A stretch of 64,000 nucleotides of DNA from an uncultured Actinomycetes bacterium (GTDB lineage: Bacteria > Actinomycetota > Thermoleophilia > RBG-16-64-13). The stretch covers positions 160,001 through 224,000 of the forward strand of contig CAWJDT010000004.1 in the NCBI GenBank assembly GCA_963841735.1, read 5' to 3'. Position numbers and translations under genes: made by a program. Positions 32,514 to 43,124 of this stretch are shown here, piece after piece (the first letter of the stretch is position 1; each line of letters begins with the position of its first letter). The notes beneath the pieces were generated by a model that was not told where the DNA came from, ran no database searches, and saw only the letters and a list, made by a program, of their open reading frames with translations.

Positions 32514-33020
32514 ATGCTAGGACGGAGTAGCCGGCGGCTAGTAGTCCTGCTCATCGTCGGGCTAGCAGCCTTCTTCGTAGGAGGCTGCGGTGGCGGAGCG
32601 GATGTGACCACCTCGACCACCACAAAGAGCGTGGTTACTACGCTGCCCTCGGGAGGGTTCGGCGGGGACGACGCGCGCATCGGTGCGACGATCAAACCCA
32701 CAGTCGATACTCCCCAGGCTTTCATTGACGTCTACGCGACCCAGCCTATCGTGGTCTTGTTCTACGTCTCAGGCGGACGTGATGATGAATTGGTGAGGCA
32801 GAACCTGGAAACGTTGCAGCCCTCCTTCGGAGCGTATGCGTTCTTCTCTTACGACTACAGCGACCCTGAGGCATATGGCGATGTTGCCACCCTGCTGGCC
32901 GTGGACTATGCGCCGCTGATCGCGATGATAGATCGACAGGGCATAATTCAGACCGTCTGGAGCGGATTCGTGGACGAAGGGAGCCTCAACCAGAGCCTGG
33001 TTAACCTCGGTCGCGATTGA
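32514..33020 (+). CDS. lipoprotein with thioredoxin-like fold, no CxxC
   Basis: AGGAGG RBS; lipobox FVGGC; Thr-rich linker; PIVVLFY...P.IAMIDRQG.I Trx-like pattern. Confidence 0.7.
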   Translation: MLGRSSRRLVVLLIVGLAAFFVGGCGGGADVTTSTTTKSVVTTLPSGGFGGDDARIGATIKPTVDTPQAFIDVYATQPIVVLFYVSGGRDDELVRQNLETLQPSFGAYAFFSYDYSDPEAYGDVATLLAVDYAPLIAMIDRQGIIQTVWSGFVDEGSLNQSLVNLGRD

Positions 33021-33093
33021 GCGGAACCGATAGGCAAGACGACTCCGAAGGCCGGGCGATCCCGGCCTTCACCATGAATGGTAAGGGGCGAAT

Positions 33094-34185
33094 GTGACGG
33101 TCCTTCCAAGGCAGGCAGAGGGACAAGGGGTGGCCGTCGGCATGAGCGGCGGCGTAGACAGCGCTGTGACAGCGTTTCTGCTCCAACAACAGGGGCATCG
33201 AGTAGTCGGCGTGACTCTGCGGCTATGGAGCGACCCAGAGGTTCACGACGAACGAGCCTGCTGCTCGCCCGAGACGGCCGAGCGGGCGAAGACAGTCGCT
33301 CATCACCTTGGCATCCCGCACTTAGTGATCGATGCGGTCGAGGAATTTCGAGAGAAGGTCGTTGAGTATTTCATTGCTGAGTACGGTCGTGGCCGTACTC
33401 CCAACCCTTGCGCAAAGTGCAACTCCAGACTCAGATTCGAGCTTCTCCTGTGTGTGGCGCGTAGGTTGGGTCTTGAAGCGGTGGCCACGGGCCACTATGC
33501 GCGTTTGCTTGGAGACCCTGCCGTTCTCGCTCGCGGTGTAGACCCGGTTAAGGACCAATCGTACGTGCTTGCGGAGGTCTCGCCGGAAACCCTGAGGCAA
33601 TGCATCTTCCCGCTCGGCACTATGACAAAGGCCGAGGTGCGCGCGGTGGCGGCTCAGGCTGGTTTGGCTCAGCGGATCTCCCCCGAGAGCCAAGAGATCT
33701 GCTTCGTCCCCAATGACGACTACCGCTCGTTCCTGCGGAAGAGCATAGGAGAGCGCCCTGGGGCTATCGTCGACGTAAGCGGAAAGGCGTTGGGGGAGCA
33801 TTCGGGCACCTACAACTTCACCATCGGACAACGTAAGGGCCTCGGCATAGGCTTTCACGAGCCTCTGCAGGTAGTAGCGCTTGATGCAGACCAAGCTCTC
33901 GTGATGGTCGGCGCGCCGGACGCGGGTAGGGTGAGGGCCGTCGAGTTGAGCGACGTGGTAGTCCATCAGCAAGCTCCTGTAGGTGCGGTTGGCGCGCAGC
34001 TGCGCTCGCAAGGCCACGCTTTGCCCGCGTGGGTAGAGGGAGGGCATCGAGTGGTGCTGGAGCGGCCCGAGGGGGGTGTTGCGCCCGGCCAGACGGCGGT
34101 AGTCTACGAAGGAGATAGGGTGGTGTTGGCCGGGACCATAGCCTCGACTGAGGGCTTGATGGGCGTCGAGAGGGAGCGCCCTTAG
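33094..34185 (+). CDS. mnmA: tRNA 2-thiouridylase
   Basis: MSGGVDS, TPNPCAKCN, ATGHYA, KDQSY, ESQEICF and TIGQRKGLG. Confidence 0.95.
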   Translation: MTVLPRQAEGQGVAVGMSGGVDSAVTAFLLQQQGHRVVGVTLRLWSDPEVHDERACCSPETAERAKTVAHHLGIPHLVIDAVEEFREKVVEYFIAEYGRGRTPNPCAKCNSRLRFELLLCVARRLGLEAVATGHYARLLGDPAVLARGVDPVKDQSYVLAEVSPETLRQCIFPLGTMTKAEVRAVAAQAGLAQRISPESQEICFVPNDDYRSFLRKSIGERPGAIVDVSGKALGEHSGTYNFTIGQRKGLGIGFHEPLQVVALDADQALVMVGAPDAGRVRAVELSDVVVHQQAPVGAVGAQLRSQGHALPAWVEGGHRVVLERPEGGVAPGQTAVVYEGDRVVLAGTIASTEGLMGVERERP

Positions 34186-34249
34186 AGCGGGCCAAAACAG
34201 GCCCTGTGGTATAGTTTTGACGTTTCGAGATACGGGAAGGGAGCCGCAG

Positions 34250-34624
34250 ATGGAATGGAGCCTCGGCGAGATCATGAAGCTTTGTATCGGCTTCTTCTTC
34301 GTGGCGCTCGGGGTAGGAGCGGCCTTCGCGCTATTCCGTCTTGCCAGCGTGTTGAAGAGAATGACGAGCATTCTGACCGACGCGAACACAAAGGTGATCC
34401 CTCTTCTTACGCGTGTCGAGACCACTCTCGACGGAGTGAATGCCGAACTGGACAAAGTGGACCAACTAACCGGGTCGGTGGTTCAGATCGTGAAGGCGGC
34501 GGAACACACGACGACCGCCGTCCACGACGCTGTGGCAAGGCCTATGCGCAAGATAGCAGGCGTGGCATCTGGTGTCAGCGAGGGAGTGTCTTCATTTTTT
34601 GCGGGCAAGCGAAAGGAGAATTGA
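34250..34624 (+). CDS. DUF948 (YtxG-like) membrane protein
   Basis: N-terminal TM followed by amphipathic coiled coil; extended -10 TGTGGTATAGT upstream. Confidence 0.7.
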   Translation: MEWSLGEIMKLCIGFFFVALGVGAAFALFRLASVLKRMTSILTDANTKVIPLLTRVETTLDGVNAELDKVDQLTGSVVQIVKAAEHTTTAVHDAVARPMRKIAGVASGVSEGVSSFFAGKRKEN

Positions 34625-34881
34625 TGGGAACGTTTCGTTCGCTGTTGATCTTGGGGACTGGAGTGGTCATTGGTGGGGCTGTGCTCATCGCCTATCGGAT
34701 CTCACAGGAGACCGGGAAGCCCTTGCAGGACGCGCTGCTGGACGTGCCGGCGGAAGCCGGTCGCATGTTCGCAGACGTGAGGGAGCGCGCGACCGAGGCC
34801 GTCGATCGCGGGCGCGAGATGTACGAACAGCGCCAAAACGCTTTTGCAGAGCAGTATGAGGGCGAGCCGACTGCTGAGTAG
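34624..34881 (+). CDS. YtxH-like small membrane-anchored protein
   Basis: Gly-rich N-terminal TM, ETGK motif, helical tail; coupled to the DUF948 gene. Confidence 0.55.
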   Translation: MGTFRSLLILGTGVVIGGAVLIAYRISQETGKPLQDALLDVPAEAGRMFADVRERATEAVDRGREMYEQRQNAFAEQYEGEPTAE

Positions 34882-34883
34882 CA

Positions 34884-35303
34884 GTGGCGGTTTCGCATGT
34901 GAGCACTAGTCAAGACATCGTTGTACTGCACACCCCAAGGGGCGCGCAGGCTCTGCCATTGATGCGCGTGGTCATGGGAGGAGTGGCATCTCGACATGAC
35001 ATTCCTCTGGAACGGCTGGACGATCTCCAGCTGGCCGTTGAGACGCTGCTGGCAGAAGAGACGGCGGACGGTGGTGAGTTGGGCCTGATCGTATCCTGCG
35101 ATGCCGCGGCCTTGACGATAAGGCTCGAGGGTCTTGCCAACCAGGCGTTACGCACGGCCCTAGTAGCCCCTGATGCTTTTCGGCCGAGTTCGCTGTGTCG
35201 GCTGGACGTTCGTTTGTTCCTCGACGCCTTGGTAGACGGTTACCAGGTGGTCGGAGAAGCCGGCGGGGTCTTTGCGGTCGAGATGGAGAAACGGACCCGC
35301 TAG
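34884..35303 (+). CDS. RsbW/UsfX-like anti-sigma factor
   Basis: R.VMGGVA...LDDLQLAVE and FLDALVD; directly upstream of a SigB-type sigma. Confidence 0.75.
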   Translation: MAVSHVSTSQDIVVLHTPRGAQALPLMRVVMGGVASRHDIPLERLDDLQLAVETLLAEETADGGELGLIVSCDAAALTIRLEGLANQALRTALVAPDAFRPSSLCRLDVRLFLDALVDGYQVVGEAGGVFAVEMEKRTR

Positions 35304-36149
35304 ATGGGGGAAGAGGGGCGGGCAAACACTCAGAAGAGCTCCCTTGGGTCGGAGACGGCATTCGGCGAGCGTATCGAATCGGTGCCCGAAAGGGCCCTTC
35401 TCATCAGGATCAGGGACGGCGATACGGCTGCCCGCCAGGAGCTGATAACGCGTTACCTACCTTTGGTGAGAAGCATCGCTAGGCGCTTTGCGTCGCGGGG
35501 GCAGCCTGTGGAAGACCTTACTCAAGTGGGGTCCATCGGGCTTATCAAGGCGGTCGACCGCTTCGATCTTGAGAGGGGAGTGGAGTTGTCGACGTATGCC
35601 ACTCCGACCATAATGGGCGAGATCAAGCGCTACTTCCGGGACAAGGGCTGGGCCGTCAAAGTGCCCCGAGCGCTGCAGGACCTGAATGTTCGGCTCAATA
35701 AGCTCCTAGAGCAGCTCACGGTTGATCTGCAGAGATCGCCCAGTATCGCTGAACTCGCGACGGCGGCCGGGGTTAGCGAGGAGGAAGTGGTAGAGGCGAT
35801 GGAGAGCGGGCGCGCCTATAGTTCGGTCTCCATCTTCTCCGGGGGGGCAAATGAAGAAGATGACTCTTTGGAGATCCTGGATTGCCTTGGGAAGGAAGAG
35901 CCGGCATACGAGATATTCGAGCAGCGCCGGCTGCTTGCGCCGGCCATGGAGCGCTTGGACCCTCGAGAGCGTCTCATCCTTCACCTGCGCTTCTTTGAGG
36001 GCATGACGCAGACGCAGGTGGCCGCGCGCATAGGCATCTCCCAGATGCACGTGTCGCGGCTCATCCGCAAGTCTATCGAGAATCTCCGGCAGAACATATT
36101 GGAAACCGAGGTCCTGGTAGAGAGCGCCAGGGGGAGAGGTAAGGGCTAG
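35304..36149 (+). CDS. SigB/SigF/SigG family sigma factor
   Basis: GLIKAVDRFD, YATPTIMGEIKRYFRD.GWAVKVPR and GISQMHVSRL. Confidence 0.94.
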   Translation: MGEEGRANTQKSSLGSETAFGERIESVPERALLIRIRDGDTAARQELITRYLPLVRSIARRFASRGQPVEDLTQVGSIGLIKAVDRFDLERGVELSTYATPTIMGEIKRYFRDKGWAVKVPRALQDLNVRLNKLLEQLTVDLQRSPSIAELATAAGVSEEEVVEAMESGRAYSSVSIFSGGANEEDDSLEILDCLGKEEPAYEIFEQRRLLAPAMERLDPRERLILHLRFFEGMTQTQVAARIGISQMHVSRLIRKSIENLRQNILETEVLVESARGRGKG

Positions 36150-36153
36150 AGGC

Positions 36154-38787
36154 GTGAAGACGGCCGAGCTGCGCAAGATGTTTCTTGACTATTTCGTAGA
36201 ACAGGGGCACCTGCTGGTGCCAAGTTCTTCCCTGGTGCCGTTTAAGGATCCTTCAGTGCTCCTTACCACTGCGGGAATGCAGCAGTTCAAGCCCTATTTC
36301 CTGGGCCTAGCCGAACCACCAAGCCGGCGCCTTGCCAGCGTCCAGAAATGCTTTCGCACGTCCGACATAGACAAGGTCGGCCTTACTGCTCGGCACTGTA
36401 CGTTCTTCGAGATGCTGGGCAACTTCTCGGTAGGAGACTACTTCAAGGAGGGCGCGATCCGCTTTGCCTGGGAGTTCTCACTGGACTACCTGAAGTTCGA
36501 CCGTGAGCGCCTATGGGTCTCGTATTTCGAAGGCGACGATGCCATCGACCCGGATACTGAGGCCCAGGAACTATGGACAGCGGTAGGAATGCCCAGGGAG
36601 CGCATGGTAGGTCTACCTCGCAGCGACAACTTCTGGGGTCCCGTAGGCAACAGCGGACCCTGTGGACCGTGCTCGGAGCTGTATTACGACCGGGGCCTCG
36701 CCTTTGGGTGCGATGACCCCGAGTGCCGGCCGGGATGTGACTGCGATCGTTTCGTGGAATATTGGAATTTGGTCTTCACCGGCTACAACATGGATGAACA
36801 GCAGCAGCTTAGTCCCTTGCCCGCGCAGAATATCGACACAGGCATGGGTCTGGAACGGGTGGCGGCCCTCAAGCAGGGGGCAGAGTCGGTCTTCTTCGTC
36901 GATGTGTTCGAGCCGCTGATCGAGCTTGGTGAGGAGATCGCCGAGCGGCGCTTCGGTGAGGATCCCAAGCTGGACGTGGCTCTCAGGGTGTTGGCCGACC
37001 ACTCGCGGGCGATCGCTTTCTTGGTGGCCGACGGGGTGATCCCGAGCAATGAAGGGCGGGGCTATGTGCTGCGGCGCGTCTTGCGGCGGGCCGCCCGTAT
37101 TAGCCGGTCTGCCGGTATGCAGCCGCCTTTCCTCGGCCGTTTCGTAGACCGGGTGGTCGAGGTCATGGGCGGGGCGTATCCGGAGTTGGCCGAGCGACGG
37201 GACGGCATCGTGCGGGTGGCCAAGGCCGAGGAGGAACGCTTCAATCGCACGCTGGACCAGGGTTTGGTGTTGGTGGAGGAAGCAATGGGCAAGGCAACTG
37301 CGGAGGGGAGCGAGGTCTTCCCAGGATCAGTGGCCTTCATGCTGCACGACACGTTTGGCTTCCCCGTGGAAGTCACTCGCGAGATAGTTGAGGAACGGGG
37401 CTTCGCTCTGGATTTCACGGGTTTTGAAAGTGCGATGGAAGGACAGAGAAGGCGTGCTCGTGGAGCTCAGAAGGGTGATGACACGCTTGGCAACGCCCTA
37501 GTGAGGTTTGCGCGGGAAACTGTTCACCCAACTGTGTTCCTGGGCTACGAGCGCGAAGACTTGTTCACGGTAGTTGAGAACGTTGCATCGCTCCTCGACG
37601 GTCGGTTAGCGGTCGCTCTGCGTGAGAGTCCCTTCTATGCCGAATCTGGAGGCCAGACTGCGGATCTGGGCTTCATCGAATCCGATGAAGGCAGGGCCGC
37701 AGTAGAAGACGTTCAACAGCACGGCGAGGTGCAGGTGATTGTGGCGCGCGTGCTTGATGGTCGCCTGGAAGCGGGGACCCGCGTCAAGGCGTCACTCTCG
37801 TTGAGCCACCGGCACGACGTGGCAGCCAATCATACCGCGACTCACTTGCTCCACTGGGCCCTAAGAACCCGTCTCGGGAAGGACGTCACGCAAGCCGGTT
37901 CGTCCGTACGGGCCGACAAGTTTCGCTTTGATTTCGCTTACCACGAACCCCTTGGAGTAAAGCGGCTCAATGAGGTGGAAGAAGCGGTCAACCGGCGAAT
38001 CGTCGAGAACCACCCTGTGCGGACCTTCACCACCACTCTCGAGCACGCAAGAGACCTAGGAGCCATGGCTCTCTTCGGAGAGAAGTATGCGGACTTTGTC
38101 AGGCTTGTGGAGATCGATGACTTCAGCAGGGAACTGTGTGGGGGTACTCACGTCGGGAGCACCAGTGAGTTGGGTGTCTTCAAGATAGTGTCTGAGGGTA
38201 GCGTGGGAGCCAACATACGCAGGATCGAGGCGGTGACCGGCCGCGAAGCGGTGGCCTACTACCGGATGCGGGATGCGATGGCCGGCAAGGCTGCGGAAGC
38301 ACTTGGGTCAGCAAATGACGATCTGCTGCGCGCTGTGGAGCGCACAGTGGCGCACATGCACTCCCTGGAGGAGCAAGTGCGAGCGTCTAGGGCCGACACG
38401 GCCAAAGACCTTGCTCAATCTCTCGCGGCTTGCTCGTCACTACAGAATGGTGTGTCCATAGTGGCCGAGGTCGCACAAGCTCACGATATGAGGCACCTGT
38501 TGTCGCTTGTCGATCAAGTGCGCAATAGAACCGCTCCCTCAGTCGTCGCACTGGGGGCCGAGCTGGATGGCAAGGGAGTGTTGGTTGTCAGCGTTACACC
38601 AGGCGTGACCGGGGTAGACGCGGGTGCCATCGTGAAGGCCTGTGCTCAGCAATTTGGTGGAGGCGGCGGCGGCAACGCTCAATTGGGCCGCGGGGGCGGC
38701 AGTGATCCGGCTCGACTTCCGGAGGCGGTCGCAGCTGCCAAACTTGCTGCGATAAGGGGCCTAGAGGCGGCGGGTTGCGCGTCCTAG
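36154..38787 (+). CDS. alaS: alanine--tRNA ligase
   Basis: AGMQQFKPYF, FFEMLGNFS, IDTGMGLER, NHTATHLLH, ELCGGTH and C-terminal GGGGG. Confidence 0.97.
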   Translation: MKTAELRKMFLDYFVEQGHLLVPSSSLVPFKDPSVLLTTAGMQQFKPYFLGLAEPPSRRLASVQKCFRTSDIDKVGLTARHCTFFEMLGNFSVGDYFKEGAIRFAWEFSLDYLKFDRERLWVSYFEGDDAIDPDTEAQELWTAVGMPRERMVGLPRSDNFWGPVGNSGPCGPCSELYYDRGLAFGCDDPECRPGCDCDRFVEYWNLVFTGYNMDEQQQLSPLPAQNIDTGMGLERVAALKQGAESVFFVDVFEPLIELGEEIAERRFGEDPKLDVALRVLADHSRAIAFLVADGVIPSNEGRGYVLRRVLRRAARISRSAGMQPPFLGRFVDRVVEVMGGAYPELAERRDGIVRVAKAEEERFNRTLDQGLVLVEEAMGKATAEGSEVFPGSVAFMLHDTFGFPVEVTREIVEERGFALDFTGFESAMEGQRRRARGAQKGDDTLGNALVRFARETVHPTVFLGYEREDLFTVVENVASLLDGRLAVALRESPFYAESGGQTADLGFIESDEGRAAVEDVQQHGEVQVIVARVLDGRLEAGTRVKASLSLSHRHDVAANHTATHLLHWALRTRLGKDVTQAGSSVRADKFRFDFAYHEPLGVKRLNEVEEAVNRRIVENHPVRTFTTTLEHARDLGAMALFGEKYADFVRLVEIDDFSRELCGGTHVGSTSELGVFKIVSEGSVGANIRRIEAVTGREAVAYYRMRDAMAGKAAEALGSANDDLLRAVERTVAHMHSLEEQVRASRADTAKDLAQSLAACSSLQNGVSIVAEVAQAHDMRHLLSLVDQVRNRTAPSVVALGAELDGKGVLVVSVTPGVTGVDAGAIVKACAQQFGGGGGGNAQLGRGGGSDPARLPEAVAAAKLAAIRGLEAAGCAS

Positions 38788-39194
38788 GAGTGGACTTTGG
38801 GAGCAGACGTACGGGACTGGCGCTGTCGGACCCGCTTCGAGTGACGTGCCGTCCCCTTGAGGTACTTACCGAGCGCAATCAGGAAGTGCTTATCAAGGGT
38901 ATTCTGAGTAGGTCCAGAAATGAGGGAGTGACGTTGATTGTGGTGGGACTCCCGAGACCTTTGGGGGGAGGAACGAATAGTCAGATGACACAGGTCCTAG
39001 ACTTTGTCCGACATCTGCAGCTCGAAACGAGCATTCCTGTCGATACATGGGACGAGCGGTTTACTTCACGCCTTGCCGAACAGGGTCACTCGTCGTCGGA
39101 GGCGCGGGACGCCGTGGCTGCGTGCTATATGTTGCAGAATTATCTCGACGCGCACACCGACATCACGAGGCAAGATTCAAGTGAACATATATAG
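38775..39194 (+). CDS. ruvX: YqgF/RuvX pre-16S rRNA nuclease
   Basis: LGVDFG.RRTGLALSD, VVGLP and WDERFTS. Confidence 0.92.
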   Translation: MRVLGVDFGSRRTGLALSDPLRVTCRPLEVLTERNQEVLIKGILSRSRNEGVTLIVVGLPRPLGGGTNSQMTQVLDFVRHLQLETSIPVDTWDERFTSRLAEQGHSSSEARDAVAACYMLQNYLDAHTDITRQDSSEHI

Positions 39195-40320
39195 GCACAG
39201 CCGGGGCCCCGGCCGAAAGCAGAATAGTGAGCGGGGTTCCAGCACGACATGGGGCCGACAAGACAGAGGGCGCGGTTGGCGTCGGTGGCTCTTGCGCGCT
39301 GTCGTAGTGATCGGGTTCCTGGGCTTTGTCTCGGGGGCGGCATATTTCGTTAATCGGGGGGTCGATTGGTATCAGGAGCGATCCACCACCACTACCGAAC
39401 ACGAGGCGACCAACACGACTAGATCGGTCACGATAGCCTCGGGCACCTCTGCGGCCGAAGTGGGACGCCTGCTCGAAGACGGGGGAGTTATCGAGTCGGC
39501 GGCAGAGTTCGTCGACGTAGTGAAGTCGCGGGGTACCGAGAGCGCGCTGCTGCCGGGTAAGTACGTGTTCAGCGAAGGGCTTGCCTTGATCGATGTGGTG
39601 GACATGCTTGAGACAGGTAAGGGAGCGTCCATCTTCAAGGTCACTATCCCCGAAGGCCTGGCGGTCTCCCAGGTCGCGGCCGCTCTGACGGATGACGGAC
39701 ACATAGCGGGCAACAGCTACCTCGAGGTAGCCACGAGCCCAGAGGATTTCGAACTGCCCCAAGTGGGCGGAGAGGTTCCAACCGGGCTGACGACTCTGGA
39801 GGGGCTGCTATACCCCAGCACCTATTGGCTCACGGAGGGCGATGGTGCTACACAGCTTGTCGGTGCGCAGTTGGCAGCATTTGCTCAGAAGACCGCGAAC
39901 CTGCCGTGGGCGAACGCGGAGGCTCTCGGCCTGACCCCCTACGAAATCGTCATCGTTGCGTCTCTGATCGAGAGGGAGGTCAGCGTACCCGAGGAAAGAC
40001 CCGTCGTGGCGGCTGTGATCTACAATCGCCTCAAGGAGGGCATGACTCTCGGCATCGACGCGACGGTCCGCTACGCACTGAACAAGTGGACAGGAGCACT
40101 TACCTCTGAAGATTTGAAGGTAGATTCAGCCTACAACACCCGGTTAGAGAAGGGCCTTCCGCCGACGCCCATCGCCAACCCACGGGTGGAGTCGCTGCAG
40201 GCCGCCCTCGAGCCTGATGACGTGGACTACCTCTACTACGTGCTAGAAGACACCCAGGGCAACCATTTCTTCACGGCCTCTTACGACGATTTTCTCCAGG
40301 CGAAGGAGAATCAGCCCTAG
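39181..40320 (+). CDS. mltG: endolytic murein transglycosylase
   Basis: TM anchor, VTIPEG, LEGLLYPSTY, ASLIERE, IDATV.Y and YNT...GLPPTPIANP. Confidence 0.93.
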   Translation: MNIYRHSRGPGRKQNSERGSSTTWGRQDRGRGWRRWLLRAVVVIGFLGFVSGAAYFVNRGVDWYQERSTTTTEHEATNTTRSVTIASGTSAAEVGRLLEDGGVIESAAEFVDVVKSRGTESALLPGKYVFSEGLALIDVVDMLETGKGASIFKVTIPEGLAVSQVAAALTDDGHIAGNSYLEVATSPEDFELPQVGGEVPTGLTTLEGLLYPSTYWLTEGDGATQLVGAQLAAFAQKTANLPWANAEALGLTPYEIVIVASLIEREVSVPEERPVVAAVIYNRLKEGMTLGIDATVRYALNKWTGALTSEDLKVDSAYNTRLEKGLPPTPIANPRVESLQAALEPDDVDYLYYVLEDTQGNHFFTASYDDFLQAKENQP

Positions 40321-40477
40321 CAACAGGCCTGGGCGCCGCCGCCGCGCTTCTGCACCAGTCAGCACTGAAGGCCAACGGCGAGCCAACGTCGAACTTAGGT
40401 ATCAGTTCGGGTGTCGCCGGTCTGAGGTAGGCTGATTGACTGACGGGGCACCCACGTGAGCTGAAGAGGAGGCACAG

Positions 40478-41335
40478 TTGGCGGCCGGAGGCACGAATAT
40501 CAGCGCGGCAACTAGACTGCTGTGTGTCCTGGGCCATCCCGTGCACCACTCACTGTCACCGAGGATCCACAACGCGGCCTTTCAGCACCAAGGACTGGAT
40601 CTGGCGTACTTGGCCTTCGACGTGCCGGCCGGAGAGCTTGCTGACGCGTTTTCGGCCCTCCGCCTACTGGGCGCGAGGGGTGCGAACCTGACCATTCCGC
40701 ATAAGGAGGCGGCGCTGGCCTTGGTCGACGAAGTTGACCCAGCGGCCGCCAGAATCGGCGCCATCAACACCGTGGTAAACCATAAAGGGCGGCTTACCGG
40801 GCACAATACCGACGTCAGTGGGTTTGCCGCTGCCCTGTGCACTATGCGACCCGGAGGAGCGCGGGGTCTTCGATGTGTGGTAGTCGGCGCAGGAGGGGCT
40901 GCTCGTGCGGTGGTGGCCGCATTGGTCGATGGGGGTGCCGAACACGTTTGGATCTGCAACCGCACTCACCAGCGCGCTGTGATGCTGTGCAGAGCTGCGG
41001 CGGCATGGGGAAACGTGCCCTGCGAGGTGATTACGGCAGAAGCGGTATCCGGAGTCATTTCAGGGGCCGACCTCATCGTCAACGCCACCTCTTTGGGGCT
41101 GGTGGCGTCGGTCAAGGACTTTGCTATTGATGTCGATAATCTGCAGTGTGGCCATATAGTGGTGGACCTCGTCTACGGGTGATGGATCCACCGCCTTGGT
41201 TCAAGCGGCACAAGCCAAGGGCGCACGCGCCATTGATGGCAAGGAGATGCTGGTTATGCAGGCTGCCGATTCATACCGGTTGTGGACGGGTCGAGAGCCT
41301 CCGGTCGATGTGATGCGCGCCGCGGCGGAGCGTTG
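40478..41335 (+). CDS. aroE: shikimate dehydrogenase (frame break near 41180)
   Basis: HSLSPRIHN, NLTIPHK, GAINT, NTD, GAGGAARA and DLVY; the GKEMLVMQAA..Y.LWTG C-terminus continues in another frame. Confidence 0.9.
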
Positions 41336-41355
41336 AGAAAGGTGATACGGCTCTA

Positions 41356-43083
41356 ATGCAGACCGCCAGAGAGGAGAATCTGCAGCGCAAGTTGTCGGGC
41401 AAACGCACCGGCGAAGTGCTCGTGGAGATGGGCATCCTCACGCAGGAACAGGTAGAGGAGGCTATCACCGAGCAGCGTGTTTCGCGGAAGCGCATCGGTG
41501 ACATCGCCCTTGAGAAGGGTTGGGTGACCAAGGGCATTCTCATGGAAGCTCTTGGACGCCGTCTGGGAGTGAAGCACCTCGACCTTGCCGGCACTCGTAT
41601 CGATCCGGTGACCGCCGACCTGATCTCCGAGCGAGACGCCCGTCGGTACGGCGCGATCCCGGTGAGCTTCGTTGATGATCATACCCTCTTGGTTGCGATG
41701 GCCGATCCATCCAATATCGTCGCCATCGACGACCTTAGGATCCTTACCGGCTTCGACATCGAACCCGCCATCGCCAGCGCCGAGGATATCCTCACCATGC
41801 TGGGCAACATGCGGGGATCTCAAGACCAGATAACAGAGAACTTGGAAGAGAAGATCGATGGGGGTGACGACGAAGCAACCCCTGTCGAACTGCGCGACAT
41901 CCGAGAGCAGGTGGACGCAGCCCCCGTGGTCAAACTGGTCAACGGGATTATGGCTCGGGCGGCAGATGAAGGCGCGTCGGACATCCACTTCGAGCCTCAA
42001 GCCAAAGACCTGTTGATTCGTTTCAGGCACGACGGTGTGCTTCACGAGATCATGTCGGTCCCCAAGAGGCTTCAGCCTGGCATCATCTCGCGTCTCAAGA
42101 TCATGGCCGACTTGGATATTGCCGAACGGCGGGTTCCGCAGGACGGTCGTATCGGCCTAGTGGTTGGTGGACGGCCCATCGATATGCGCGTCGCATCTTT
42201 GCCCACCGTCTACGGCGAGAAGATAGTCATCAGGCTTCTCGACCGGTCGAACGTCATGCTGCGTCTGGAGCAACTGGGATTCTCCGACGTGGCCTTAAAC
42301 AGGTACACGCGGTCATACAAGAAGCCGTACGGCGCCATCCTGGTCACGGGACCGACCGGCTCAGGTAAATCCACCACCCTTTACGGCACACTGAACATCC
42401 TCAACACTCCCGACAAGAACATCATCACGGTAGAGGATCCCGTTGAATACCGGCTGTCAGGTATCAATCAGGTGCAAATCAACATGAAGGCGGGCCTTAC
42501 GTTCGCTTCCGGACTGAGGTCGATCCTGCGCTGCGACCCCGACATCATCATGGTGGGGGAGATCCGTGATAGGGAGACGGCCCTTATCGCAATCGAGTCG
42601 GCCCTCACCGGCCACTTGGTGTTGTCAACACTACACACCAACAATGCTCCCGGGGCGCTCTCCCGCCTAACTGAGATGGGAGTGGAGCCGTTTCTCTCGG
42701 CCTCAGCCGTCGACTGTGTCATAGCCCAGCGTCTTGTAAGGAAACTTTGTGAGTACTGTCGCGAAGCGTACCCGGCGACCCGCGAGATGCTGGAACGGCT
42801 TGCCTTCGGCACTGAGGCGATCGAGAAGTGGAAGGACATCACACTCTATCGACCAGCGGGATGCGCCCACTGCAACAGCACCGGCTACAAGGGCCGACTG
42901 GGCATCTACGAGGTCATGGCTGTGAGCGAGGCTATTGAGCGGCTCATTGTCGAGCGCAAAAGCGCCGATGAGATCATGAGGGTGGCGATCGCCGAGGGAA
43001 TGGTGTCACTACGCCAAGATGGACTCGAAAGGGTTCTGCAAGGGGTCACAAGCATTGAGGAGATATCTCGCGTTATCGTCTAG
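41356..43083 (+). CDS. pilB: type IV pilus assembly ATPase with N-terminal MshEN domain
   Basis: ASDIHFEP, DIAERRVPQDGR, GPTGSGKST, EDPVE, DPDIIMVGEIRD and tetra-Cys. Confidence 0.95.
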   Translation: MQTAREENLQRKLSGKRTGEVLVEMGILTQEQVEEAITEQRVSRKRIGDIALEKGWVTKGILMEALGRRLGVKHLDLAGTRIDPVTADLISERDARRYGAIPVSFVDDHTLLVAMADPSNIVAIDDLRILTGFDIEPAIASAEDILTMLGNMRGSQDQITENLEEKIDGGDDEATPVELRDIREQVDAAPVVKLVNGIMARAADEGASDIHFEPQAKDLLIRFRHDGVLHEIMSVPKRLQPGIISRLKIMADLDIAERRVPQDGRIGLVVGGRPIDMRVASLPTVYGEKIVIRLLDRSNVMLRLEQLGFSDVALNRYTRSYKKPYGAILVTGPTGSGKSTTLYGTLNILNTPDKNIITVEDPVEYRLSGINQVQINMKAGLTFASGLRSILRCDPDIIMVGEIRDRETALIAIESALTGHLVLSTLHTNNAPGALSRLTEMGVEPFLSASAVDCVIAQRLVRKLCEYCREAYPATREMLERLAFGTEAIEKWKDITLYRPAGCAHCNSTGYKGRLGIYEVMAVSEAIERLIVERKSADEIMRVAIAEGMVSLRQDGLERVLQGVTSIEEISRVIV

Positions 43084-43124
43084 TGGCGGTCGCGTGGGCA
43101 CAGCAAAGGCAAGGGACGGCGGCA

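Noticed and set aside
41240-41315. sigma28-type promoter upstream of pilB
   Set aside because: GCCGATTC and GTCGATGT lie in aroE coding sequence and lack a correctly spaced -35.
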